A stretch of 61,750 bases of DNA, taken from NCBI GenBank assembly GCA_025924315.1, contig JAICIO010000027.1:1-61750 (forward strand), given 5' to 3'. Shown piece after piece: positions 39,220-48,133 of the stretch. The translations under genes and the position numbers were made by a program. The stretch's first letter is position 1. The number at the start of each line of letters is the position of its first letter. The DNA comes from Phycisphaerae bacterium (GTDB lineage Bacteria > Planctomycetota > Phycisphaerae > Tepidisphaerales > Tepidisphaeraceae). The notes under the pieces are model-generated. The model saw only the letters and a list, made by a program, of their open reading frames with translations. It made no database searches and was not told the DNA's origin.

Positions 39220-41307
39220 TCAGGCCAATTCACTCAATCGCAGTGGCATCTCGCGGAGCCGTTTGCCGGTCGCGTTGAAGATCGCATTCGCGATCGCGGG
39301 CGCGGTGCAGATGAGCGGCGTTTCACCGGCGCCGGCGCTCGGGATGTCCTTGCGATCGATGAGATGTACTTCGATCTCGGGAAGATCGGCGAAGCGCGGT
39401 GGCGCATATTTCCAGAACGACGCATTTTGGATCTCGCCGTTGTCGAACCTCATCGCCTCGCGCAGCGCGCCGCCGAGGGCCATCACAATTCCACCCTGGT
39501 TCTGCGATTTGAGATTCTCCGGATTGGTGATCGCGCCGGCGTCAAAGGCCTGAACGACTCGGCGAACGCGATATGTATTCTTCGCCGGATCGATCTCGAC
39601 CTCGGCGCACGCGGCGACGAACGAGCCTTTGTCCGTGCTGGCGGCGAGGCCGACGCCGACATTCGGTTCTTTCTTCGCGATCCGATCTTTCCAGCCGAAT
39701 TTCTTCGTTGCCTCTTCGAGCGCGGCGTGCAGGCGATCCTCCGGCGCCAGGTGCGACAATCGAAACTCGAGCGGGTCTTTGCCTGCCAACACTGCTAATT
39801 CATCCATTGCCACTTCGCGGGCGAAGCTGTTCGCGGTCGCTGCTAAAGCGCGATACGAGCCGTGGCGCAGCGGCGGGTCGGAATCGACGTAATCGGCTTT
39901 GCTCTGTTCAATGCGATAGGGCGATTCGATGCTGCTGCGGCCGGAGTTGATGTTGACGTGATGCCAGCTGGCGATTTTTCCGGTCGGATCGAGCGACGCC
40001 TGGATGTCGATCGCGGCGGCGGGGCGAAAGTAGGCCCAGGTGAATTCCTCTTCGCGCGTCCAGCGGAGCGAGACGGCCTTGCCCGCGGATTTTGCGAGCC
40101 GCGCGGCTTCGATGGCGCACTCGGCGGTGTGCTTCCCGCCGAAGCCTCCACCGAAATCGGGCGCGATGACGCGAACATTGTCGTTGTTGATGTGAAACGC
40201 GCCCGCGAGCTCGCGTTTCACGCCGAACGGATTCTGTGTCCCGTGCCAGACGGTGAGCTTCTCGCCATTCCACTCCGCGACGGCGGCGCGCGGCTCGAGC
40301 GGTGCATGCTGGATGTAGGCGGTGTTGTAGTTCGCTTTGAACTGCTTCTCGCCCGTGCCTTCGAACGGATCCTTCGGAATGCCGCCCTTGGCGTGATCGC
40401 GCAGGTACGCAAAGAGCGTCGTACTCGACGGGCCCGGCGGGGCGTGCCACTGAGCCGTCTTCTCCAAGGCAGCGATCGCCTGTTTCGCCTGGTAACTCGT
40501 CGGCGCGACGATGCCGACGAAGTTGCCGTCGCGCACGACGATCACACCATCCATCGCTTTCGCCGGCCCGACGTCGATATCCTCCAGCGTCGCCCCGTAA
40601 GCGATCGGGCGCAGCACTTTTCCATACAGCATGCCGGGGCGGATGATGTCGGAGGGATATTGCAGCGCGCCGGTGACGACGTCGCGGCGGTTCGGTCGCT
40701 TGACCGGAGTGCCGAGAACTTTCCAATCACTCGGCGGTGCGAGGGTCGCGTTCTCCGGGGTTTGCTTGAGCGAACCACTCTTGGCGAGCTGCGAATAGTC
40801 GAGCGGCTGTGTGTCGCCAACGACTTTGACGAGCATTGCGCGGGCGGCGGCGCAGGCTTGTCGCACGGGCGGGATCGTGCCCGGCGTTGTGCGACTGCCG
40901 GCGGTGATCCCATCATCCGGGCAAAGATCGGTGTCGGCCATCAGTAGCTGCACGCGATCGACGGAAATGCCAAGCTCTTCGGCGGCGGCTTGCGTGATCT
41001 CGGCGCGAGCGCCCTGGCCGCATTCGACCTTGCCGGTCATCACGGTGATCGTGCCACCGTTGGCGATGTGCAGTCGCGCGTCGATCGGCACCGGCTTTTG
41101 ATTTCCGCGGAAACCACCACCGCCGCGACGATTGCCGCCGCCGCGCTCTTGCGCGTGAAGGGACGGCGCGACGATCGTGACGAGAATCCCCGCCCCGAGC
41201 GCCTGCACAAAACTTCGCCGCGAAAAGCCGAAGTCATAATCGACGCGCTCGAGCAGGGTTTCGTAATCGATCTCTTCAAACGTGGGTGTGGTTGAGTCGG
41301 GACTCAT
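39220..41307 (-). CDS. molybdopterin-dependent oxidoreductase large subunit (isoquinoline 1-oxidoreductase beta / aldehyde oxidase-xanthine dehydrogenase family), Tat-secreted
   Basis: Tat-like RRSFVQALGAGILV. XDH/CoxL-family blocks through the C-terminus. Start at 41307 overlaps the small-subunit stop (ATGA). Confidence 0.8.
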   Translation of the reverse strand: MSPDSTTPTFEEIDYETLLERVDYDFGFSRRSFVQALGAGILVTIVAPSLHAQERGGGNRRGGGGFRGNQKPVPIDARLHIANGGTITVMTGKVECGQGARAEITQAAAEELGISVDRVQLLMADTDLCPDDGITAGSRTTPGTIPPVRQACAAARAMLVKVVGDTQPLDYSQLAKSGSLKQTPENATLAPPSDWKVLGTPVKRPNRRDVVTGALQYPSDIIRPGMLYGKVLRPIAYGATLEDIDVGPAKAMDGVIVVRDGNFVGIVAPTSYQAKQAIAALEKTAQWHAPPGPSSTTLFAYLRDHAKGGIPKDPFEGTGEKQFKANYNTAYIQHAPLEPRAAVAEWNGEKLTVWHGTQNPFGVKRELAGAFHINNDNVRVIAPDFGGGFGGKHTAECAIEAARLAKSAGKAVSLRWTREEEFTWAYFRPAAAIDIQASLDPTGKIASWHHVNINSGRSSIESPYRIEQSKADYVDSDPPLRHGSYRALAATANSFAREVAMDELAVLAGKDPLEFRLSHLAPEDRLHAALEEATKKFGWKDRIAKKEPNVGVGLAASTDKGSFVAACAEVEIDPAKNTYRVRRVVQAFDAGAITNPENLKSQNQGGIVMALGGALREAMRFDNGEIQNASFWKYAPPRFADLPEIEVHLIDRKDIPSAGAGETPLICTAPAIANAIFNATGKRLREMPLRLSELA

Positions 41308-41777
41308 GGCGACACCGCCTTCGCGCTCTTTGCCGCCTGCTCGACTGCGGCGACGATGCGTGGATACGTGCAACAGCGACACAGATGCGGGTTCATCCCT
41401 TTGATGATGTCGTCGCGTGTCGGGTTCGGCGTTTTCTCGAGCAGCGCGATCGTCGAAAGAATCATTCCCGGTGTGCAATATCCGCATTGATACGCGGCCT
41501 GATCGCAAAACGCCTGCTGCACGGGATGCAGCTGATCGCCGTGCGCGATGCCTTCGATGGTGGTGATCGATTTGCCGTCGACTTCTGCGAGCTTCGTCTG
41601 GCAGCTGAACATCGGCGAGCCATCGACGAGCACCGTGCAAGCGCCGCAGGCCGATTCGCCGCAGCCGTATTTCGTGCCGGTGAGGTGCAAATCTTCTCGC
41701 AATACATCGAGCAGCGGACGTTTGGCATCGGAGGAAATGTTGGTCGGTTTTCCGTTGATGGTGAGTTGCGCGTCCAT
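41304..41777 (-). CDS. 2Fe-2S small subunit of the molybdopterin oxidoreductase (IorA/CoxS-like)
   Basis: GCGESACGACTV and CGYCTPGM cluster motifs. Confidence 0.8.
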   Translation of the reverse strand: MDAQLTINGKPTNISSDAKRPLLDVLREDLHLTGTKYGCGESACGACTVLVDGSPMFSCQTKLAEVDGKSITTIEGIAHGDQLHPVQQAFCDQAAYQCGYCTPGMILSTIALLEKTPNPTRDDIIKGMNPHLCRCCTYPRIVAAVEQAAKSAKAVSP

Positions 41778-41846
41778 CGTTCGTATAGTTTAGTGCGCAC
41801 GACGCGGATGCAGAACAGGAATTGCAGCCTCGATTGAAGTGAAATT

Positions 41847-42770
41847 ATGACATCGCCCAATTTGATTCTCTCGGTCGGCACGCAGGTGGTCGTGTTGATC
41901 GAAGCGCGCGGGCCGGATGGAAAGCCGGTGCATCCCCGCGGAGCGGTCGGGGTGATCGTGCAGGCGCCGGCGGACTACTGGCACAGCTATCGCGTGAAGT
42001 TTCCGGATGGCTTCGAGGCGTCGTTCAAGCGCACGGAGCTGGCGATCCTCTCGCACTACAAGCAAGGCGACATGGCTGGCGAGCAGCAGCTTGCGGAGTA
42101 CAACCTGTACGATCGCGTGATCTATCGCTGCGTGATTGGTTCGCGCGCCTACGGGCTCGATCACGACGAAAGCGATACCGACCGCCGCGGGGTTTACCTC
42201 CCTCCGGCGGAGTTGCAGTGGTCGCTCTATGGTGTGCCGGAGCAGTTGGAGAATCCCGAAACCGAAGAGGTGTATTGGGAGCTGCAGAAATTTTTGACGC
42301 TGGCGCTGAAGGCGAATCCGAATGTGCTGGAGTGTCTTTATACGCCAATCGTAGAACATGCATCGGAGATCGCCCAGGAGTTGCTCGCGATGCGCGCGAG
42401 CTTTCTCTCGAAGATGGTGTATCAGACGTACAACGGCTATGTGATGAGCCAGTTCAAGAAGTTGCAGGCGGACCTTCGCAACAAGGGCGAGGTAAAGTGG
42501 AAGCATGTGATGCATCTGATTCGCCTGCTGATCAGCGGGGTGACAGTGCTTCAGGAAGGGTTTGTGCCGGTGCGCGTCGAGGAACATCGTGAAAAACTGC
42601 TGGCGATCAAACGCGGAGAAGTCGCCTTTGAAGAAGTTGAGCGGTGGCGATTGGAGCTGCACCGGCAGTTTGATGCGGCGAGCGAATCGACGAACCTTCC
42701 GGAGCGGCCGGATTATGAGGCGGCGAATGGGCTATTGCTTACCGCGCGCCGCTCGGCGCTGGCCATGTAG
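41847..42770 (+). CDS. nucleotidyltransferase-fold protein (Pol-beta superfamily, RlaP-like) with N-terminal extra domain
   Basis: GSRAYGLDHDESDTDRRGVY, of the G[SG]x9-13Dx[DE] type. Adjacent paralog downstream. Confidence 0.5.
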   Translation: MTSPNLILSVGTQVVVLIEARGPDGKPVHPRGAVGVIVQAPADYWHSYRVKFPDGFEASFKRTELAILSHYKQGDMAGEQQLAEYNLYDRVIYRCVIGSRAYGLDHDESDTDRRGVYLPPAELQWSLYGVPEQLENPETEEVYWELQKFLTLALKANPNVLECLYTPIVEHASEIAQELLAMRASFLSKMVYQTYNGYVMSQFKKLQADLRNKGEVKWKHVMHLIRLLISGVTVLQEGFVPVRVEEHREKLLAIKRGEVAFEEVERWRLELHRQFDAASESTNLPERPDYEAANGLLLTARRSALAM

Positions 42771-42836
42771 CACGGGCACCTTGCCCGTGCCGATCACGGC
42801 TTGAGCCGCAAATGCACGGGCTGGTACCCCGTGCTA
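42766..42836. repeat. inverted pair of GCACGGG...CCCGTGC hairpin units (loop variants)
   Basis: gtagcacgggcaccttgcccgtgc-N24-gcacgggctggtaccccgtgctac. Lies between the two nucleotidyltransferase paralogs. Confidence 0.8.
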
Positions 42837-42852
42837 CGAAAAGGAGGGCACG

Positions 42853-43589
42853 ATGAATCCTTCATTGCATAAAATCGTTCGTGAACAACCCTATCCGCTG
42901 CTCTTCGCGACGATCAGCGGGGCGCATTTGTATGGCTTTCCCTCGCCGGACTCGGATTTTGATCTGCGTGGCGTGCATTTGCTGCCGGTGCGCGAGGTGC
43001 TCGGGCTGAAAACCCCGCGCGAGACGATTGAGGTTTCGGGGATGTACGACGGGATCGAGATGGATCTTGTCACGCATGACGCGAAGAAGTTCTTCTCGCT
43101 GCTCTTGAAGAAGAACGGTTATGTTCTGGAGCAGCTGTATTCGCCGCTGATCGTGCACACGACGCCGGAGCACGAGGAACTGAAGCGCATCGCCCGCGGA
43201 AGCATCACGCGCATCATTACTTCGGATTCGCGGAAACGCAGTGGAACCTGTTCGAGAAGGAACATCCGCGGCGGGTGAAGCCGCTGTTGTACGTGTATCG
43301 AGTGCTGCTGACGGGAATTCACCTGATGCGGGCCGGCGAGGTCGAGCCGAATCTCGTGCGGCTGAATGAGGAAGCGAAATTGCCGTACATCGACGAACTG
43401 GTGCGGCGGAAGCTGAGCGGGCCGGAGCAATCGCGGCTCGACGACGCGGACATGCCGTTTCATCGGGCGGAGTACGAGCGGTTACGCGGCGAATTGCAGA
43501 AGGCATTTGAGGCGAGCGCGCTGCCGGAGAATCCATCGGCGCAGGATGGGCTGAGCGACCTTCTGATCCGGCTGCGGATGGCGACATGA
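42853..43589 (+). pseudogene. second nucleotidyltransferase paralog, split by a frameshift near 43200
   Basis: 42853-43278 carries GAHLYGFPSPDSDFDLRGVH. After about 43200 the homology to paralog 1 continues in the frame of ORF 43275-43589; HYFGFAETQWNLFEKEHPRRVKPLLYVYRVLLTG aligns to YNGYVMSQFKKLQ...KWKHVMHLIRLLISG. Confidence 0.4.
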
Positions 43590-43595
43590 AGTCTC

Positions 43596-43670
43596 GTAGG
43601 GTCCGCTTAAGCGGACCGGTTACTCATTCGCTCGAAAGATAAATAACCGGTCCGCTGAAGCGGACCCTAC
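43596..43670. repeat. 75-bp palindromic repeat family copy
   Basis: gtagggtccgcttaagcggaccggttac-N20-ataaccggtccgctgaagcggaccctac. Confidence 0.85.
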
Positions 43671-43694
43671 AAGATTGCGCGACGTGGCTGACTT

Positions 43695-44822
43695 TTAAAA
43701 CGCGGCGTCGGTTGTCGATTGTGCGGGTGGGCTCGGTTGCGCGATGGTTTCGCGCGAGCCGCTGGCGTCTTCGATCCGGCGGACGGGTTCGAAATCCTTT
43801 CCGTAATCGATCGCGACGAGTTTCGTTTGCTTCGCGGGGGCGAATTCCTTTTCCAAGCCGGTGCCGGCGAAATTGAAGCCGAGCATGGCGGCCTTGATCT
43901 TCGCGGCCAGCTCGGGCTTGAGGTTGTAGACGTAACCGAACGCGGCGGGCGGATAGCCAGCCGATTCGAAGATCACGCGAAATTGATCCGCCTTGATTTC
44001 GCCGCGCGCCACGGCGCGATCGAGCAAATCGCTCGCGACCGCGGCGGATTCGTACGTCTTGTTCGCGATCGCGCGAATGGACTGCTCGTGTCCGCCGGAG
44101 AAAACCACCTGGTAATCGCGGCCCGGAACGAGGCCATGATCCTGCTTCAGTGCGACCATCGGCGCGTTGAAGCCGGAATTCGATCCCACCACCGTCAGCG
44201 CGAGCACGCGGCCTTTTAGATCGCCGACCGAGTGGATCGGGCTGTCGGCGGGGACGATGATCGACGTGTGGATGAATCGGTTTCCGTCCGCCTGGGCAAA
44301 TGAAGCGACGGGGATGAACCCCGCGAGATTCACCGCGGTCGGCACGTTTCCGGTGTTCAATCCCGCGATTTGGAGCTTGCCATCGCGCAGCGCGCGAAGC
44401 TCATCGTCGGTCGAGGCGAACATCTCATATTCGACCGGCCGGCCGACTTGCTTCGAGAGATACGCGGTGAAGTCTTTGAACACGTCGCGATAGGTTTCGG
44501 GCGCGTCGGTAGCGACGAACGAGAACGTGAGCGTCGGCGGATCGATCAGCTTTGCTGGATTCGTGGGCGTGTCGGCCAGGCCATCCTGATTCGCATCGGC
44601 GAATTGATCGGAGAGTTTGTTGATGACCGGGTTCTCGAGCCCCGAAATGCGCATGACCGCTCGTTCATAGAGCACCTGGTTGTCGTGCATGAGGGAGCGC
44701 ATCGACCGCGCCGAGATGAAGTAAACCAACGCCGCGACGGCGGCGACAATCACCACCGCGATCACGATCGTGAGTTTGAAGCGGGGCATCGGTCGGGCAA
44801 AATTGGTGTTCGGCTCGGTCAT
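43695..44822 (-). CDS. PhnD/SsuA-type periplasmic substrate-binding protein (phosphonate/phosphite ABC family), membrane anchored, orphan
   Basis: N-terminal TM, then PBP fold with LTFSFVATDAPE...LQIAGLNTG. No adjacent permease or ATPase genes. Confidence 0.6.
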   Translation of the reverse strand: MTEPNTNFARPMPRFKLTIVIAVVIVAAVAALVYFISARSMRSLMHDNQVLYERAVMRISGLENPVINKLSDQFADANQDGLADTPTNPAKLIDPPTLTFSFVATDAPETYRDVFKDFTAYLSKQVGRPVEYEMFASTDDELRALRDGKLQIAGLNTGNVPTAVNLAGFIPVASFAQADGNRFIHTSIIVPADSPIHSVGDLKGRVLALTVVGSNSGFNAPMVALKQDHGLVPGRDYQVVFSGGHEQSIRAIANKTYESAAVASDLLDRAVARGEIKADQFRVIFESAGYPPAAFGYVYNLKPELAAKIKAAMLGFNFAGTGLEKEFAPAKQTKLVAIDYGKDFEPVRRIEDASGSRETIAQPSPPAQSTTDAAF

Positions 44823-45017
44823 TGCGCGCCTTTCGCGGGGATGGAATCTTCATTTCTATAAGTGCGGCAAAATTACTGCAATCAAAAAGCGGCCTGGCGT
44901 TCGGTTTAGGGCGATTGGGCGGGGAAAGCGCGGTGCGCGCCGGTTTGTCGGAGGTTATGGCATTGGCTTTGCAAATCTCCCTTTCGGAACCACTACACTT
45001 TGAAAGGAGAGCCCAAC

Positions 45018-45554
45018 ATGGCAGACAATATTCGAAGAGATGAGGACCTCGACCGCGATCGAAACCCGGATGCGATTACCGGCGCACCCGGATCACACCC
45101 GATTGGAACCGGGATTGGCGCCGCCGGCGCTGGCGCTGCTGGCGCCGCGATCGGTTCGGTCGTGCCCGGTGTTGGAACGGCGGTTGGCGGGGCGGTGGGC
45201 GCGGTCGTCGGCGCGGTGGCCGGCGGATTGGCCGGCAAGGCCGTCGCCGAAGCCGTGAATCCGACGGAAGAGGACGCCTACTGGCGCGACAACTTCAGCA
45301 GCCGTCCCTATGCGGCCGGCAGTGATTACACATACGAAGACGACTTCGGCCCCGCGTATCGTCATGGCTACACCGCCCGCACGCAGTATCCGGGCAAGAC
45401 GTACGACCAGGTCGAATCGAACCTCCAGCGCGACTGGGATCGCTCCAAAGGCAAATCCCGGCTCGAGTGGGACAAGGCGAAGTTTGCCGCCCGCGACGCG
45501 TGGGACCGCGTGGAACGAAAGTTCTCGCGCACGCGTGACGACGACGTTCGGTAA
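45018..45554 (+). CDS. hypothetical protein with glycine-zipper segment
   Basis: AAGGAGAG RBS precedes the ATG at 45018. Segment GIGAAGAGAAGAAIGSVVPGVGTAVGGAVGAVVGAVAGGLAG. Confidence 0.4.
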   Translation: MADNIRRDEDLDRDRNPDAITGAPGSHPIGTGIGAAGAGAAGAAIGSVVPGVGTAVGGAVGAVVGAVAGGLAGKAVAEAVNPTEEDAYWRDNFSSRPYAAGSDYTYEDDFGPAYRHGYTARTQYPGKTYDQVESNLQRDWDRSKGKSRLEWDKAKFAARDAWDRVERKFSRTRDDDVR

Positions 45555-45773
45555 CTGATTTTCGCACATCAGAACGGCCTGCATTGTTCGGTCCAACGAT
45601 GTCCCGAACGATGCGGGCCGTTCGTTGTTGTGGGTTGCTGAATCAGAAGAGACCGCGAAGGCGCGAAGGAGACGCGAAGAAGTGCCGAATTGCTTCGCGC
45701 AACCTTCGCGTCTTTGCGCCTTCACGGTCTCTGAATTAGGATCCCGGGCAAGCGTTCCTACAATGCTCAGATT

Positions 45774-46805
45774 ATGCAGATTCAGGAAACAGAGGTAGCG
45801 CTTGTGGGCGCGGGACCGATTGGATTGGAGATGGCGGTCGCGCTGAAGCGCGGGGGCGTTGATTATGTGCACCTCGACGCGAAGCAGGTCGGGTACACGA
45901 TCTCGTGGTTTCCGCCGCAGACTCGGTTTTTCAGTTCCAACGACCGCATTGCTATCGCGGGCGTGCCGCTGCAGACGGACGATCAACTCAAATGCACGCG
46001 GGAGCATTATCTTTCGTATCTGCGGTCGATCGTGCAGATGTTTGATCTGAAGGTGAACACGTATGAGCCCGTGGTGGGGATTGAGCGCGAGGCGGGCGAG
46101 TCGTTTGTTGTGAAGACGAAGCCGGCGGCGGGATTGCGTGTGTATCGCGCGCGGAAGGTAATTTTGGCGACCGGTGGGACGGATCATCCGCGCCGTCTAG
46201 GAATTCCGGGGCAGGACCTTCCGCACGTCTCGCATTATTTCCAGGATCCGCATACGTACTTTCAGCGGAAGGTGCTGATCGTCGGTGGGAAGAATTCGGC
46301 AGTCGAAGCCGCGCTGCGTTGTCATCACGCGGGCGCGCAGGTGTCGCTCAGCTATCGTCGCAATCAGCTGCCGGAGAAGAGCATCAAGTACTGGCTGCTG
46401 CCGGAGATTAACGGGCTGATCAAAACCGGGGAGATTCCGAATTATTTTGATACGATGCCGATCGAGATTGGCGCCGCGCACGTGAAGCTTCGAAGAAGTA
46501 ATGAGACGTTCGACGTCCCCGCGGACTTCGTGCTATTGCTGATCGGTTACGAGCAGGACAACACGCTGTTCAAGCTCGCGCGGGTGGAGCTGCGCGGCGA
46601 GTGCGGCGCGCCGGCATTTAGCGAACAGACGATGGAGACGAACGTGCCGGGCATTTACGTGATCGGCACGGCTGTCGGTGGCACGCAGGACAAGTACCGC
46701 GTCTTTATCGAAAACTGCCACGTTCACGTCGAGCGCGTCATCAACGCCCTCCAAGGCGCCGCGCCCCCGCCAACGCCTGAGCCGCTCGCCGCGCCGGAGA
46801 GTTGA
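45774..46805 (+). CDS. FAD/NAD(P)-binding oxidoreductase (thioredoxin-reductase-like, YpdA-type)
   Basis: GAGPIGLEMA dinucleotide motif, a second GGKNSAVEAA motif, and a GTAVGG C-terminal FAD motif. Confidence 0.7.
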   Translation: MQIQETEVALVGAGPIGLEMAVALKRGGVDYVHLDAKQVGYTISWFPPQTRFFSSNDRIAIAGVPLQTDDQLKCTREHYLSYLRSIVQMFDLKVNTYEPVVGIEREAGESFVVKTKPAAGLRVYRARKVILATGGTDHPRRLGIPGQDLPHVSHYFQDPHTYFQRKVLIVGGKNSAVEAALRCHHAGAQVSLSYRRNQLPEKSIKYWLLPEINGLIKTGEIPNYFDTMPIEIGAAHVKLRRSNETFDVPADFVLLLIGYEQDNTLFKLARVELRGECGAPAFSEQTMETNVPGIYVIGTAVGGTQDKYRVFIENCHVHVERVINALQGAAPPPTPEPLAAPES

Positions 46806-46816
46806 TCGCCCCTTTC

Positions 46817-46877
46817 GCCGCTTGCGGCTTAGCGGGAACGAGAGCAACGTTTTATTTCCCGCTAAGCCGCAAGCGGC
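46817..46877. repeat. unique 21-bp perfect inverted repeat (hairpin) downstream of the oxidoreductase
   Basis: gccgcttgcggcttagcggga-N19-tcccgctaagccgcaagcggc. No flanking U-tract. Confidence 0.6.
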
Positions 46878-46899
46878 TCGAAATGCTACAATCCGGAAT

Positions 46900-47151
46900 A
46901 TGAGTTCGCTCGACTCGCTCGGCTTTCATTCCAGTGTATTCGACCGCCCGGACAACAACCGCACCGAACAGATCGTCCGACTTCGCGTGCTCAATCGCGT
47001 GCTCGAATTCACCGGCCGATCGATCGACGACGTCGTCAACAATCCCATCGTCAAGAACGAAGTCCGTCACTGGTACAAAGTGCACAAATGGGTCCAGCGC
47101 GGCATTGAGATCGGTGATCTCGAGCGGCAGTGGAATTCGGTCTCGCGATGA
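46900..47151 (+). CDS. hypothetical small protein, translationally coupled to nucleoside hydrolase
   Basis: 83 aa. Its stop overlaps the downstream ATG (ATGA at 47148-47151). Confidence 0.35.
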   Translation: MSSLDSLGFHSSVFDRPDNNRTEQIVRLRVLNRVLEFTGRSIDDVVNNPIVKNEVRHWYKVHKWVQRGIEIGDLERQWNSVSR

Positions 47152-48017
47152 CCGATCGCATTCCCATCCTCCTCGACACAGACATCGGCAGCGACATCGA
47201 CGACGCGGTTGCGCTCTCTTACCTGCTGAAGAATCCGCGGTGTGAATTGCTGGGTATTACGACCGTGACGGGTGATGTCGCCAAGCGATGTGCGTGTGCG
47301 GAGGTTGTGTGCCGCGCGGCGAGGCGGGAGGAAGTTCCAATTCATTCCGGTACATCGAAAGTGCTGCTGCATGGTCCAGGCCAGCCGAACGTCCCGCACT
47401 ACGACGCGATCGCGCATCTGCCGCACCAGCGTAACTGGAAGCCGAACACCGCCGTCGATGTTCTTCGGCAGACGATTCGTTCACGCCCGCAAGAAATCAC
47501 GCTGCTGACGATCGCGCCATTCACAAACATCGCGTTGCTCTTCGCGATCGATCTAGAAATCCCGTCGTTACTAAAGGGACTGGTTTCGATGGCGGGGGTT
47601 TACTTTTCACCAGAATCGAAACCCGAATGGAACTGCCGCGTCGATCCCATCGCGACGGCGATGGTGTACGGCGCGAAAGTTCCCAATCACACGAGCTTCG
47701 GCCTCGATGTGACGCTGCAATGCACAATGCCGGCCGACGAAGTGCGAAAGCGTTTCGCGCGCCCGCCGCTCGACGTCGTGCTCATCATGGCGGAGACGTG
47801 GTTCAAAGAGCACGACGTGATCCGCTTCCACGACCCGCTGGCAGCGACGGCGATTTTAGCGCCCGAGGTTTGCGAGTACGAGCGAGGAACGATTCGAATC
47901 GGCTCTGAAGGCGAAAGCGCATTTGTTGCAGATGCAACAGGTCCTCATCGGGTTGCGCGTGCGGTTCAGGTGACGCAGTTCCTCGAGCGGTATTTCAGCG
48001 TGTTCGCGATGGATTAG
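47148..48017 (+). CDS. inosine-uridine preferring nucleoside hydrolase family protein
   Basis: ILLDTDIGSDIDDAVAL aspartate-cluster motif at the N-terminus. Length 290 aa. Confidence 0.8.
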   Translation: MTDRIPILLDTDIGSDIDDAVALSYLLKNPRCELLGITTVTGDVAKRCACAEVVCRAARREEVPIHSGTSKVLLHGPGQPNVPHYDAIAHLPHQRNWKPNTAVDVLRQTIRSRPQEITLLTIAPFTNIALLFAIDLEIPSLLKGLVSMAGVYFSPESKPEWNCRVDPIATAMVYGAKVPNHTSFGLDVTLQCTMPADEVRKRFARPPLDVVLIMAETWFKEHDVIRFHDPLAATAILAPEVCEYERGTIRIGSEGESAFVADATGPHRVARAVQVTQFLERYFSVFAMD

Positions 48018-48133
48018 AAATCCGCCCCATTTCGTCACTTGCTCGTAACTCGCGTTATAGAAAACCTCGCGAAAGATAAAAGACCCGGAATATCCGGTAT
48101 GCAATGATCTCTCCATCTCAAACAGGAGAGATC

